DNA from: Vitrella brassicaformis CCMP3155
Lineage: Eukaryota; Protista; Chromerida
Direction: 5' to 3'
DNA: 64,000 nucleotides
Assembly: GCA_001179505.1 (NCBI GenBank)
Contig: CDMY01000436.1
Span: 62,001 to 126,000 of the forward strand
Position 1 is the stretch's first letter. Every line of letters begins with the position of its first letter. Under the pieces are notes generated by a model that was not told the origin of the DNA, did not search any database, and worked only from the letters and a program-made list of their open reading frames with translations. The position numbers and the translations under genes were made by a program. Of the stretch, positions 13,010 to 28,976 are shown in pieces.

Positions 13010-16000
13010 ATGCGTCAGATTCGGTTGGTGCCTTCGGGCATCCAGTTGTGGAATCCGGCCGTGCTGGCCGTCAGCCCAGATGGTGCTCACTTCGCCTACG
13101 CCTCCACGCTGGCGCTGTTCATCTATCGGAGGGCGGACTTCTGCCTCCACAAGATGATTGCAGGCCATGAGAAAACCATCACGGCCCTCTCCTGGTACGA
13201 CCATGCACACGTCTGATGCCTTTGGTGTTTTGTAGACAGGAGACGCCCCGTGAATGCAATGCATCCATCTGGACAGGGAGGGAAGAGATCCAGTCCATGC
13301 CTGTATCCGTCCTGTGCAGGTGTCCTCAAGACAGCGATTTTATCGCCTCGTGCTTCACCGATGGCCGCATCGCCGTCTGGCACCTGCCGTCAGAGAAGCT
13401 CCGCGTCTCCCGCAGCGCCCCAAGCGGCAGCCCTCCCCTTCTTCTCGAGTGGTGTCCTCACACCCTCACACGCGTCGCTGTCGGGCTCGAAAACGGCGAG
13501 GTCCGGCTGTGGGATTTCTCCCTCACGACTCCCTCCGGCTCGTTTGATGCAAGTTCTGGCTCGGCGCAGTCACTGGGGTCGCCAACAGCCAAGGAAGCGA
13601 CCTTCTCCAAGCTGTATGCTGCTGCGGGGGGCTCGCTTCGAGTCATGAGATGGCACCCGACCACCCCTGAAAGACTGCTCCTGGGCTTCACGGACGGCAG
13701 TGTGGTGTGTCTCCATCCAAGCACCGGGAGGAGGATGTCGATTCCCTACAAAGGCCGCAACTCGCCTGCAGTGGGGAAGCCGGTGGCGTCTGATGCTCAT
13801 AGCGTGGAGGAGATCCAGTGGGACCCGCTGTCAGCCGATTACTTCCTGGTGTCTTACCGCGACGGCCATTTGTCTCTGATGGACCTTGAATCGCAGACCG
13901 AGGTGTCGTCGGTGCCCTTCGACAGGCAGCCCGTCGGCGTCCACTCAATCGCATGGGTCAAAGGCCAGCCGGGCAACTTCCTCACCGTCACGGAGAAGAC
14001 GGGCCTTATCAGGCTGTGGAACGCCTCACAGCGTGCTCCACTAGAGCAGCTGCGTGTCGCTCCTGCGGGGATTGCCAAAATTGTTCCCTTCTGCGGCAGG
14101 GAGGGAGGGGGTTGGGGATCGTCTTTTCTATTGAGCTTCAAGAACGGCAGCGTGGGCGTGTATAACTTGACTAGGAAGAAATTGGACTTCCTGAGCGAGC
14201 CGGGCCACTCGGAGACGATATTTGACGTGCGGTTCAAACCGGGGCAGCACGATCTGCTTGCTACGGCTTCTTATGACGGGTGGGTGGGAGGTTGGGCTAA
14301 CAAAAGGGAAAGGGCCTGGCCTGTGCGTGCCTGCCATTTTTCATGGATCTATCCGTGTGTCTCGCCCGGCCCGACAGGTATGTGAAGGTGTGGCGTGTCT
14401 CTACCAGCAAGACCGAGCTTGAGATTCATGCTGGCGAGCACGAGTTGCTGTACGGTGTGGCGTGGGCGCCTCTCTCCGCCTTCCCCGGGCCCTCGTCGGC
14501 TGGTCGGGCCACACGCAGCGGTTCCAAAGACAGAGATGTGGAGCAGCAGCAGACGGATCGAATCGCCGCCGTCTCGTCGTCAGGACACCTCTTTATCTGG
14601 AATGCACGCACCGGTCGGTGAGGGAAAGGACACACACATGATCTTCTACAAAATGAAATAAATGCTGTCTCTCGATGCTAACTAAGTTCAGGTGTGAGGG
14701 TGCACAAGGTGCCTGTGCACACGTCAGCGGTCTACCGCCTTGATTGGTCATCCACCGACCCCAACCTCATCGCCACAGGCTCGGGGGACGGCTCAGCCTG
14801 CATCGTTGACGCCGCGGCAGGGTGTGTCATCAAGCGGTACTCGCACCCCGCCCCCGTGTACGGGGTGCAGTGGCATCCGTCGACACGCAGCCTCCTCTGC
14901 ACAGCCTGTGCGGACGCCAATGTGCGGCTGTTCGTCCACGGAGGGGGCGAGGGGTGTGACGTTATCACCAACAACTCAGACAGAAGGGGCAGCACCGGCT
15001 CTTTGTCGTCTCCTCACAGTGGGATGCAGCCCACCAAGGCGATCGTGCTGTCTGGTAAGACCGGCACAACACACAAATGGGTGGATTTAGTAGTGGAGAG
15101 GCCGAGACGCGATCAGCTGTTTGTGCGTAGGACACAGCGAGAAGGCCTTCAACGTGGCCTTCAGTCCGATTCTGTCCAACATCCTGGCGAGTGGTTCGGA
15201 CGACCGGACCATCCGTATATGGGACATCCAAAAGAGGGTAAGCAGGCACAGGAAGTGCGGGGGCATATATGTGATGTGATAGATACCTATTGATTGCATC
15301 ATGACTCTGTTTGTTTGTGGATGTCCGCAGAAGTGTCTGCGGACACTGATGGGCCACAGGTCGAATGTTCGTGCCCTTGCCTGGCATTTGGAGCTGCCGC
15401 ACATCCTCATCTCTGGCGCGTGGGACGCCACGATCAGAGTCTGGAACGCCGCAGCCGGACGGGTACGTACGTATCCGACGGACGATGGATGCACGGAAGC
15501 TCAGAAATGCCTGTGTCTCTCTCTCTGACTGCTGTCGGTCTGTCCCAGGCGCTGTATGTGTGCAGCGAGCACCACGCCGACGTCTACGGCCTGACCACCC
15601 ACCCAGCCTGCCCCTTCCTCTTTGTCTCCACATCACGAGACACCTCACTGAGGTTCTGGACTCTTGACGACCTCTCCGCCCCGTTCCAGCTGGCATTGGC
15701 CGCCAGCCCAACAGCCGCCACACTGACCTCACTACGCGCCTCCCCGAACCAGGCCGCTGAGCTGTTCGTCGACACAATGGAGCGGCCATTGCCTTTGGAG
15801 ATCAAGCCGAGGCTGTATGGCGCCGGGTCGGCAGAGCTGCAGAAGACGCTCGGTGGTAATCTGACCCATCTGGAGAGGCTGAAGAGGGTGGTTGAGTTCC
15901 TGCATTACCGCCCCGGCAGCCTGGACTTCTGGGACTGCTTGGCCAACTGGTCCGGCGAGGCGCCGGACATCGCTGCGCACACGCCGACCGTAATCCACAT

Positions 16001-18365
16001 GAACGACATCATCGCCGCCGAACGAAGTGCCGCCCAGGAAATGGTAAGCAAATGGCCCTTTCCCCTTGTCGCGCCAGCCAGGCCTTCTCTGCCGTCTTTG
16101 TGTCCCTCAGGCGTCGAGCAAGATCAGCAGCAGTGCCGTGGGCAAGAAAGAGGAGCGATACGCCAAAGCAGCCCAGAAACTCATTCGTGTGGGCGACCTC
16201 CGTGGCTACTGCGACTACATGGCCCAGGCCGGCCACACCGAGAAGGCCCTTGCCGTCGCCCCTGCAGTGGCTGTGGTCGAGTCCGGCGACAGCGGGGGAG
16301 GAACCGACATGGGGTATTGGCGAGACATGAGTGTGGAGTATGCGCGCCAGCTGCAGCGGGATGGCAAGGACGAGGAGGAGGCAGTTCCCCACCTCTTGGC
16401 CGCGGGGATGTCCGATGAGGTCATCGACATCTACCTCAGGCGCTGCGAGTTGGAGTCGGCCTTTGCTGTCGCCAAAGCGCAGAGGGACGGCAGGTTCCCA
16501 AAGAGAAGACGCCCACCCAACTCGTCCCCGTCAGATGCGCCGCCCAGCCAGGCGGACAGGCTGCCCCAGATCACCACGCGGATGGCGAGGTACTACCTGA
16601 GACGGGGTGAGCCTGTGTTGGCCGCGTGCTGCCACATGGCCATCAACAGAGCAGACGAGGCCATCACAGTCCTGACAAGGGTGAGCCACTTGCTAGAGAG
16701 GCAAATGTCGTTGTATGTTGGTCTTCTCCTGTAGAGCAACGAGTTGATCTTGGGGTATGCGATGTATCGCGTATTGTTTGTCGAGTCGAGTGAATTGGGC
16801 CCCCCGCCACCGAACGTCTCGGACCTCCTGCGCTTGCTCGCAGCAAAGGCAGAGAGACACAGATGCTGGGTGGGCTGGGCTGGTGGTGGGTGGGTGGGGC
16901 AGACGAGGCACACTGTGCGGTCGCCGGGATGTGTGTGTATCCGTTGGCATGCCTTGTGTGTATGCAGAGCATCGCACGGGAGTTGTATCAGCAGCTGGAA
17001 GAGACAAGGAGGGTCAGGCAGCTGCAGCTGCTCTCTGTCAGGTGGGTAGGGTACCGATGAGTGCATCATCAACGAATTCATGTTGGCACACCCAGGGGGA
17101 TCGCTGTGATGGGTGCAGGTGCGGGTCGATTCAGCGGGAACAGCTCTTCATCGAGATGCCAGACGTCGCCATATCAGTCCCAGAAGCAGAAGCAAGGGCG
17201 GAAAAGGTCCATGAGCAATAGGATCCCTCCGCCACAACACTTGCCAGCTGTGTGTGCGTGTGCGTGTGCAGGCTGAGGCTGAGGGCAACCATGTTGACAG
17301 TGCCCATTACTTTGCGGTGGCGGGGGAGTACCAAAGGGCGGCAGAGGTGGCCGTGCAGCAGCTTCAGAGGCACATCTCCCAGAGCGTCGAAATCAGCGTC
17401 CATCAGTGCCGGCCCTTCCTGGAGATCCTCGAGAGCCTCCCCATCGACGCACTGGAACTGAAGCTCGTCTCGCGAGTGCTCTGCTGTGCGGCGTATGTGG
17501 GGTTCTTTGACGCCCTTGAGCAAAAGGGGGGAATGCTCTCGATGGCTGTGCCCCTGCTGACCACCTACTGGAACGTGGCGCAGCACCAGCACCTTGAGCA
17601 GGACTTCTACGCCGACACGGGGAGCACGGCGACCGCCAAGGCGCAGCTGCAGCTCAAGGCCGCTCTGCAACTCATCCAGACACACCCTGACAAGTAAGCG
17701 ACAGACAGAGACACAGACAGAGACACTGCTGATGAAAGGAGGTGCAGAAAAGGTCAGCCTGAATGTCGGCTTCTTGCCTTTGTGTCCACAGGGCGCTTGA
17801 AATGCTGACGCGGGTGAAGAGTGACGGCCACGTTAGCCCCGAGCAGGGCAAGGTCGTTGACGACGCAATCGCATCGCTTGCCAGGAGTGAGTGAGACACA
17901 TGATGGAAACCTCCTTACCTCAGACACAACACGACGTGTCCGTGCTGTGGTCTCAGGCCGCATCGATGACGCCGACATCGGTGCTGACGATGACAGCAAG
18001 AGACCGGTGGGCGGCCTGGACCCCATTCGCCCTCTCACCGTTTGTGTCTCATCCACCGACCCCTTGATCTGGCAGGTGTGTGTGCCCATTGCTGGGTCCC
18101 TGCTGCCGACAGGCCGCACCAGCGGGATGAAGACGTCTGTGCTGACGGGGCAGCCCATCAAGGGTGCAGCCTTTGTGCTGGAGGACGAGAGCACATGCGT
18201 TGGTCTGCAGGAGGCTATCCAATGGTGAGAGGGGAGAGTGAGCGAGGCCATATGGGTCCGTTCGTGTGTGGGTGTGGGGTGTATGATGTGTCGGTCTGTG
18301 TGTGCAGGGCGTCGCTGAATCGGTTCTCGCCCCTCAACACGGGCAGCAGGATCAACCCATTCTGA
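13010..18365 (+). CDS. WDR17: WD repeat-containing protein 17, multi-exon
   Basis: N-terminus MRQIRLVPSGIQLWNPAVLAVSPDGAHFAYASTLALFIY...GHEKTITALSW and C-terminus GQPIKGAAFVLED...EAIQWASLNRFSPLNTGSRINPF* match the WDR17 termini as I recall them; many WD40 repeats lie between (PGHSETIFDVRFKPG...LLATASYDG; LMGHRSNVRALAWH). Confidence 0.88.
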
Positions 18366-18699
18366 CCATTCGTTCTGACCATTCGGCCTTTCTGCTTTCA
18401 GACATGCCCTCGTTTTGCTGCTGACCCTGTGTGTGTGTGTGTGTGTGGATCAATCCAGTGGCGCATATATATGTCTGTCTCTATGGATGAGAGTGTCCGA
18501 TCGTCAGCAACCAAACGTGCACAGGGCAACGACGCCTCCCCCCGTGGGTCGTGTGTCTGCGCGTGAGTGAGCGATCTTGCATCGGCCCGACCCACATCCG
18601 TGGATGGGGCCGCCGTGCCAATGCGAAACCTCTCACGGACGCGACACGCCACACGAACCAGCCAGGAGGCAGTGACTGAGTAAAGCCATCCGTCCAGCC

Positions 18700-19060
18700 A
18701 GCCAGACACAGGCATCTTTGTACAGACGGTACACACGAGCAGCACCCAATCGTCAGCGACATAGAGAGGAGAGGTCTGCCTGGCCGGCGCGTGTGTGCAT
18801 ATGGCCCCTGCGCCGCGACTGGCCCCGTCATCCAGCCGACCAAAGCACGGGCGTGTGCCTCGTCAGACGGATACCGCTTCCAGACGGGACGACAGAGGTC
18901 ACCATGCACCCACGCACAGGGGTCATCCGCTCTCGATATCCGTCCAAACAAACATTCAGGCCCAACACGAGCAAGCATGACAGTCGTCAGCAGGAAGAGC
19001 AAGCCACAAACCAGCAGACGGATGGCATGTACGTGTGAATGGATGGCAAAAAAGCGGGCG
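18700..19060 (-). CDS. Possible coding exon of a small membrane protein (gene model unresolved)
   Basis: Part of ORF 18481-19221 reads as non-repetitive protein: hydrophobic LLVCGLLFLLTTVMLA then ECLFGRISRADDPCAWVHGDLCRPVWKRYP; flanked by intron-like microsatellites. Confidence 0.25.
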
Positions 19061-20018
19061 GACACTGCAGACAGACAGCTTGGGAGGAGCAACCAGTTAG
19101 GGAGGACAGGTCCGACAGACAGACAGACAGACAGACAGACAGAGAGACAGACAGCAGGGCGCGGATCGTATTGTGTGTGTCGTCGGACAAACCCTATGGG
19201 CTGCCGGACATGGACATGCACATATGGGGGAGAGAGGGAACCTCATCCACCCCACCCATCGATGCATCCATCCATCCACAGAGAGGGTGGACGCCTTTAT
19301 CTACCGAAGGGGGGCAACAAGAAGCGTGGCCGATCCGATCTATCATCAGCGCTCCTGTCTGTCTGTCTGTCTGTCGTCTCCCTCGAATTCTGTCGATGGA
19401 TGCATGTGTGTGTGGGGTGCGAGGGTGTCGGTGTGCCGGTGGTAGCTACGCGAGAGGTCGCCCTCTCCCGAGGGCTCGGGGTGAAGGTGGGCTGTGCGTC
19501 TGTGTGCATGGTGCGTGTGTGTCATCGATGGATGGATGGATGCAGCCATGCATTCCTAGGCATAAAACCTCCACGCAGGTCGGCAGAAGACCAGCCATGC
19601 ACCCAGCCCCAACCCACGCAAACAATCAGCAAGCCAGCCATGCACACGGATGCACCCACACAGACAACACACAAAAAAAACAAAAAAACGCAATCCACAC
19701 ATCCAGGCAGACTCACGTGGATGTCCGGATGGGTGTGTGTGTGTGTGCCCGTGTGCGGTGCAATCGGTGGCAGGCTCGATGGCTACAGCTCTCCAACAAA
19801 GACATGGACACAGGCACATTGATCCATCCATCTATCCATCAGCAGCACTGAATGAAGCTCACGTCGGCTGCCGTCAACAGCTACGGTCGGTACTGACCCA
19901 CCCTGCACACACATGACGCGCACATCACACACGATGCGCGTGGCGTGAACAGGGGGGTTTCACTTTTCCCTTCCTCCCTCCTCACCTGCATGTACTATCT
20001 GTGTGTGGGTCTGTCTGG

Positions 20019-23000
20019 TCAGTTGCGTGTGCGGCGCTTCTTGTTCTTGGGCTCGCTGCGATTGGTGTTGTTGGGGCCCTGACCTCCACCTCCACCAACA
20101 GCAGCACCCTGACCAGCACCAGTGGCAGCATTGGCAGCCGCCTCATTAGCTACGGCCTGGCGAGTGCGGTAGACACGCTGCTGCGGCGGTGGTGGCGGCG
20201 GCTGCTGCTGGGGCTGGTCGCCCTCACCACCAGCACCAGCACCTCCCTGCTCGCCACGGCTACGTCCTCCTCGGCCACGGGGTCTCGGCCCGCGACGCAT
20301 GACACCACCCCTCGCTGCGGCAGGGGCAGCGTGTTTGGCATTCACATGCCCACCACCACTGCCCGCCTGACCCGCCCCCTCGTTCTGGCCCAGGCCCCCA
20401 CCGGCCCCGGCACTGCTGTTGTTGTTGACAGTGTTGTTGCCCTCCTCGGGTGAGTCGTTCTTGGGTGGGGTGGGGCCGGCCTTGCCGCCGCGTGAGCGCT
20501 CGCGCGCGACGAGGTCGTAGCCATCCGCCAGGGCTGTGGGGATGTCTGAGGGAGGGCGTTTGCGGTAGTCCATGGGCTCGATGGTGCCCACGTGGGTCAC
20601 CACCGACCCCCAGTGCGACACCGACCGTCGCTGGCGCACCATGCCACGGCCGAAGGCCTCGGCCGCTGATCGCTTGAGCAGCTGCCGCCAGCCGCCCGCC
20701 ACGAGCTTCATCTGGCCCTTTTGCGGTCGCTCGAAGTCTAGGAAGTTGAGGTGGCCGTCCTGGATGTTGTTGAGGTTGGCTTGCGGGGGATTGGCTCGGT
20801 GCATGCGGAACCCCGAACGGGCGAGCGCCCAGGAGAGTTCGCGGAGGTACGAGGTGGGCACGATGCGGCGACGGGCGGAAACGGCGATGTGGATCTCTGA
20901 TGACACACACAAGACACACACAAGAAACACACGACGCAACACAGCAGATGAGAGGGGCGAAGTGCACGGCTGATGCATGACACGTTCGTTGGCTGACTTA
21001 CTCTTGAGTTTGGGCAGGAAATTGAGCATGTTCTCGAATGTGGCGGCCGAGCAGTGGTAGGGCCAGAGGACGGGCACGCCCCCAGTGGTCCCCTTGGCCT
21101 CCACCTGGAGCTTGATGGTCTCGAGTGGCGGCCGCTGGCGGATGAGCAGCTTGGCGAGCTGCTCGGTGAGCACGTCCACCTCGAGTGAGTCGACGGCCGA
21201 GTCGTGCATGGACGGGGAGAGGTAGGTGTAGGCCGTGCTGCTGTTGCGGCTCCGGATGAGGTCGCCCATGGTGGTGTCGGGGGTCGTCTTCTTGCGGGCC
21301 TCCCTCTCAGTCTGGCGCTTGACCTGCAGCATCTTCTGCATGCAGTAGCACTGCAGCCGGGGGCTAAGGTTGGCGTACTCGATGCTGTGGATGTGCTTGA
21401 GCTGCGATATCAGCGCACCCAGGCCGTCCAGGTCGCCGTCGTTGTTCCAGCTCTCCGCCAAGGCTATGTCCTCATCGTCCTGCGTGTCAGGCGCCCCACC
21501 CTCTCCCTCCCCGCCCCCGCCCCCCTCACCACAACCACCATCACCGCCCGTCTGCGTCTCCTTGGAGCCGCTCTTGTCCTTCTTCTTGTCGCCTCCCTCG
21601 TCGCCCTCCTTGCTGATGAAGGGTGGGAGGGGTGCGGGCGGCATGGGCTGGTGGTTGGTCTGGATCTCCTGCAGCAGTGCCGTCCGCATGCCGTTGATCC
21701 GCAGCCGGCGCACCATCGGCATCGCCGACCTGCCCAGGAACGCCGGGCTCTCGTGGTTCTCGTTGAGCGTCACCGACACGTTGCGCAGCGCGGGGAAGTC
21801 GATCTGTCGGTCGAGCGCCGCGAAGGCTGCGTTGAGGTCCGCTGCCGGGTCGTATGTGTTCATCGCCGCCACCTGTGGATTGGCGGCTTGGGGCGGGGGG
21901 TCTGGTGAGGGGGAGGTGATGTCGAATCGTCTCAGGTTGGGGGCGATGTGGCGGAGGAACCGGGGGAACGGGTGGGCGGGGCGGAGGGCGAACCAGCCGG
22001 TGCGACGCGGACCTGGCGGACAGGACACGACGCCACACGAGGATCAGACGACACAATGGTTCTTTGCACCCGACACACATGTGTCTGTGTTGACTTGCTG
22101 TCTGGCTTGTCTTACCAACGGTGAACGACTCGACTTTGAGTGTGCATTTGTTGTTGCTGGCGAGGAAGCCCAGGAGCGGGTCGACGTCGAGGCAGTTCTT
22201 CATGGTGAGGTACGGGATGTGGAGTGCGCGAATGGGCGGGCGCTTGGCCACCAGCAGCTCGCTCAGCCGGCGGACGTCGTTGGCCTCCCACAGGAAGCTG
22301 CTGAGCACCAACTCGATCAGGCCGTTCAGGTGCGGTAACGCCAACAAACGGTTAGGGATCTGAATCAACGGAGATATCACACACACCACACCACACCACA
22401 ACACACCAAGTCGGCCAATGCATCCGCCCCTCCGACCAGATCCGTCTGTGTGTGCGTGGGTATGGATAGACGTACCTGTTTGCTATGTCCGGTGAGTTCG
22501 ATGCGCTTAACCTTCCCCGACTGGCGGAGGAAAGCCAGGTCGGGTGCGGCCTTCTGCGCTTCCACCTGGAAGCCCTTGAGGCTGCTGTGGTAGCGCACCT
22601 TGACGTCGTCTACCTCGGGGCACTCCCACAGCCGCGTCACGTTGCTGAAGTCCTCAAACCCCGTCAGATCCACCTTCTTGAGCGCCGTGAACCGGACCTT
22701 CACGGCCGCCGGGATCACCTCGTCGGCTTCTACGTCCACGAACTCGGGCTCGTCGGGCTTGTGCTCATTCACACCACCTGCCTGTGCCGCGGCCTGGCCC
22801 TGCCCCTGCTGCTGCTGCCCCTGCTGCTGCTGTTGGTGCTGGTGCTGGTGTGGGGGGGCTGGGCCTGCGATGATGAGTCCGGCGGTGATGGCGGCGTCGA
22901 CCTGATCGGCACCCTGCTGCTGGAGTGCCCGGACGGCTGGTGAGTCCTCCTTGATTGAGTTGATCTTGAGTGTCTGGAGTGCGGTGGCGGCGGTCTCGAC

Positions 23001-23673
23001 GAGGGGCCGCAGCTGGTGGCACTGGGGGTACCAGGGGCGGGGGATGCGCTCGATGGTGATCTCACGACAGGCACGCAGACGGCTGGCCAGCTGCAGGAGC
23101 TGGTGGTTGCTCATGCGACCCCACATCGACTCCTCACCTAAATGAGTACACAACACAACCAACAATCACATACAACACAACACAACACATGCACCCACCA
23201 TTTCCCCCTCCGTGGCTGTGTGTTGTGTAGTGTAAGGTGTGTGGTGCATCTGCTTGCTATGGTTGCTGACCCTTTATGACGAGTTTCTGGACGGTGTATG
23301 GGCTGCAGCTATGCTCCCTGAAGCACCGGTTGACCCTCCCCGCCACACCCACCAGCTCCACCGGCAGGTAGTGGAAGAACATGATGAACACGTCCGTCGG
23401 CACCAGGTGGAACGCGAAGGACTGCCCTCCGCCAGCACCAACCGCCTCCTTCCCGATCTCCGCCACGGCCGCAAACACGTCATCGTCCTCACCGTCACCC
23501 TCCTCCCCCTTGCGGCGCTGTTTGGTTGGCTGCTGATGGGCCTGCCGCTTGTCGTTGCCCCGCCCCTTGCGCTTCGGCTCTGGCAGAGGGGCGGGGGGTG
23601 GGATGGGGTCCTCGGATGGCAGACGGCCGCGACGAGGGTTGCGGCGGGGCAACACACGACGAGCTTCAGACAT
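20019..23673 (-). CDS. F-box-like protein with long low-complexity C-terminal exon
   Basis: F-box-like LVPTDVFIMFFHYLPVELVGVAGRVNRCFRE (ORF 23257-23967), followed by open, GC3-rich exons at about 22490-23130, 22130-22360 and 20019-22028. Start taken at MSEARR (ATG 23673); an upstream exon is possible. Confidence 0.7.
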
Positions 23674-24305
23674 GCTGCAAACACCACCCACAACAGAGCG
23701 AGACACAAAATGCGTGCGGGGCGATGTTGTGAGCTGTGTGTTCGGGTTTGGGGTCTTGCAGCCCTCCTCCCCTGCCCGTGTGGCTTGCCTTACATCGATG
23801 ACCGTCCTCAAGCAGCTACGTGGTGCTCGGGACGCACCAGAGTGTCGAATCTGAAGCAAGGAGGCAGAGATCGGGGGGCGGAATCGCACCACATGACCAC
23901 CAACAGGCGCACAGGCGCCCTGTAGGCCTGTCTTCCCACGAGCACTCCACACTATACTCGCTGCCATCGCGTGTGTGTCATTCAGGAAGTTGGGGAGCGC
24001 ACCTGTGTGAAGAAGAGGTAATCAGGGCATCTCACAGACGGCTGGAGGTCCATACATTCATCAAAAACAGCACAAACCACGAAAAACTCGGGCGATCGCA
24101 CTGGCGCGCATGGCGAGGAAGCCCACCCTGGCAAGGGACGCCGCGAAATCGGGCAAATGGGACGACAAGGCTTTGCAATGAAGAGCCATTCACTTACAGA
24201 TGACTCAGCACCAATAAAGATATCATATGGACCATTGAGTCATGTCACGCACGACAGCCCTGCACACCCACTGGAGTGTCGACTAGTCTACTAATGACTG
24301 GTCTA

Positions 24306-26344
<2,039 letters not shown>

Positions 26345-26605
26345 TGCGATGCGCACAGATCATCACAATCTTGATGCATCTGCCATCATTTGGCCTTGTT
26401 AGAAGCGCTCGTCGCCACAACCGCCTTGGTATTGTTCCCACTTCCATCCACTTCTAAGCTCGCCAAATTTGGGTCGATCTCGATCGTTGGAGTGTCAAGC
26501 GCCGCTCTCCCGCAGGCTGGGCCTTTCCGATGATTTCAAATAGAAGATCCGAGCGATTGATGGCTGAGAGCGGCAAGTTGGATTGATCTGAAAGACGCAG
26601 CAACG
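26345..26605. promoter_or_regulatory. Putative bidirectional promoter with CGCCAAA (26461-26467) and reverse CHR-like TTCAAAT (26535-26541)
   Basis: 261 bp between divergent ATGs of ZNF330 and DPH5. Confidence 0.4.
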
Positions 26606-27979
26606 ATGGTGCTGCACGTCATTGGTTTGGGCCTCGGTGACGAGAAGGACGTGACAATCAAGGGGCTGGAGAAGATCAAAGCCGCCGACTTCGTTTATCT
26701 CGAGATCTACACGGCCGTCCTGGGCGTCAAGAAGGAAACGCTGGTCAGTTCATTGGAAAGAGATCGACGAACAGACCAACAGCCACCGTGCAATGACAGG
26801 TCTGACGGCACCATGGCCTGTGTGATGTGTCAGGAAGCTTATTATGGCCAGCCCATCATCGAGGCGGACCGCACGTTGGTCGAGTCAGGCTGTGAGGAGA
26901 TGCTGCAGCGGGCCAAGGAGCACCGTGTGGCGTTCCTCGTCGTCGGAGACCCTTTCTGGTGAGAGAGGAGCAGCCGAGTAGCGCTCTGATTTTGATTGCT
27001 GGTGTGTGGTGTGTGGTGTGTGGTGTGTGGTGTGTGGTGTGCAGTGCGACGACACACAGTGACCTGATGCTGCGGGCCAAGGAGATGGATGTCCGTGTGG
27101 ACGTGGTCCATAATGCCTCGATCATGAATGCTGTGGGCATATGCGGCCTCCAGGTCAGACCCAGTCGATGAGCGGCACACGAATGACGAGCAGCGTTCGG
27201 CGCTGTTGCCCCCCTCTCCTCTCCCTCTCCCTCTGTGGCATGGCAGATGTATCGGTTCGGTGAGACTGTGTCGATTCCCTTCTTTGAGGACAGCTGGCGG
27301 CCCGAGAGCTTCTATGACAAGATGGTGGCCAACCAGCGGATGGGGCTGCACACCCTGTGCCTCCTCGACATCAAGGTCAAGGAGCAGACACTCCAAAACA
27401 TGCTCAGGTGCGGGTGGCCGTCACACTCAAACGACTATATCTCGTCACCTCTTCTGTCAGGGGCAATCAGATCTTCGAGGCGCCAAGGTGGGCTGCAAGC
27501 AAGCCAGGCAGCCAGGAGGCACATGGGGAAATGTGTGTATGCCCGGCCGTACCTTCCTTGCTCCAGGTTCATGACGGTCAACCAGGCTGTCGATGAGATC
27601 CTGGAGGTGCATGAGAAGAGGCAGGAGCTGGCCCAGCCGGTGCGCGGATTTGGGCTTGCGAGGCTCGGCAGTGATTCGCAGATGATTGCTGCCGGTGGGT
27701 GCGAGGGAAAGCCATCGGGGCCTGCGCCGTGGAAGGCTGTCTGGTCTTGTGTGTGGTGTGGTGTGGCGTGCAGGCACCTTTGAAGAGCTGCGGACGTTTG
27801 ATTTTGGAGGACCCCTTCACTCCCTGGTGGGCAGTGGGACATTCATGTGCCTCGTCTTTGTGCATGTGTGTCATTCATATGTGGTGTGTCAGGTGCTGTG
27901 CTGTCCTGATACTTCGTTGCATGAGCTTGAGATGCAGTTTTTTGACTTCTTTCGGACGCACCACTCGCTGGCGGGCTGA
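26606..27979 (+). CDS. DPH5: Diphthine methyl ester synthase, multi-exon
   Basis: [22 protein letters not shown]...VYLEIYT; [10 protein letters not shown]; [11 protein letters not shown]...[17 protein letters not shown]|[13 protein letters not shown]...SFYDK...[15 protein letters not shown]; FGGPLHS; stop 27977-27979. Confidence 0.96.
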
Positions 27980-28339
27980 CTGAATCCGTTTCGTGATAAA
28001 TCGTGCACTCGTGTATTTGGCGCGACACAAGTTCAATGAATCGTCTTCCATCCAACCTTCCATCCATCCATCCATCCATCCATGCATGCATCCATCGCGC
28101 AACTCATCCATATGAATGCAGGCAGCGATCCTCAGCCAGACAGCGGTAGTCAAGGTAGTAACTGACTGGATGAGTCATATGAGGAACTGACTGCGGCATA
28201 TAAAATGTAGACAACGATCTGGAATCCCCGTCTCTTCAACTCCTCCTCTCTATCTCTCTCTCAACAACAGCAGCAGCAGCAGCCTCTTATGCATCCTCCC
28301 TCCTCCCTCCCCTCTCTCTCAACTCAATCGCTCCTCAGC

Positions 28340-28930
28340 CTTCTTGCCCCCCCAACCTCCGAAGATGCGTGTGATGGCCCTGCCAATGCCTTCCGACCGC
28401 CCTGATGTCGTCGGCCAGCTGCTCGGCGCCCTCCTTAATGTCGGTGACGAGAGCCCATGAGCGCATCGATCATGAGGTCTTGGTCTGCCGACCGGACCTC
28501 CCACATGGCGCGCCCATAGGCATCTACGTCACCCGACGGCTCCCAATACTCCCACTGCCCCGTCCAGTCGTTCTGCCGCCAGTGCGCCACCCGGTGCTGG
28601 TTGATGGGACCAGCAGTCGGCACGATCCGGGCATGGCAGGCCTTGTACTCGGGTGCGGGCGGGAGGGGTGGCGGGTATGGGTGGTGGGCGGGGAGTGGGG
28701 CAGCGTGCACGGGCAGCGTGGCATGTACGGCGCCATTTGGACGGCTGGGGTGGCAGGGGGGCGCGTTTGGGGGGCGGGGCGTGTGGTGGCCTGGTGGTGG
28801 GTGCGTGCAGAGGGCCGGTGGGTGGACCGACGAGCGGCTGCGTGTCGTGGGCCTCGTGGTGGGTGCTGCCGTCACTTGCCAGAGGCTGCTGGGGTGCAGC
28901 GGCTCGGGGTTGCTGCTGGCGCTTGCATAG
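28340..28930 (-). pseudogene. Frameshifted lineage-specific gene piece (Pro-rich + Trp-rich), copy a
   Basis: PEYKACHARIVP...HRVAHWRQNDWTGQWEYWEPSGDVDAYGRAMWEVRSADQDL, then a frame change to GC3-rich ALVTDIKEGAEQLADDIRAVGRHWQGHHTHLRRLGGQEG*; paralog at about 32600-33190. Confidence 0.55.
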
Positions 28931-28976
28931 AAGAGACCCACAAATATAAAACGTAAGCAGCGATCTGACACAAACA

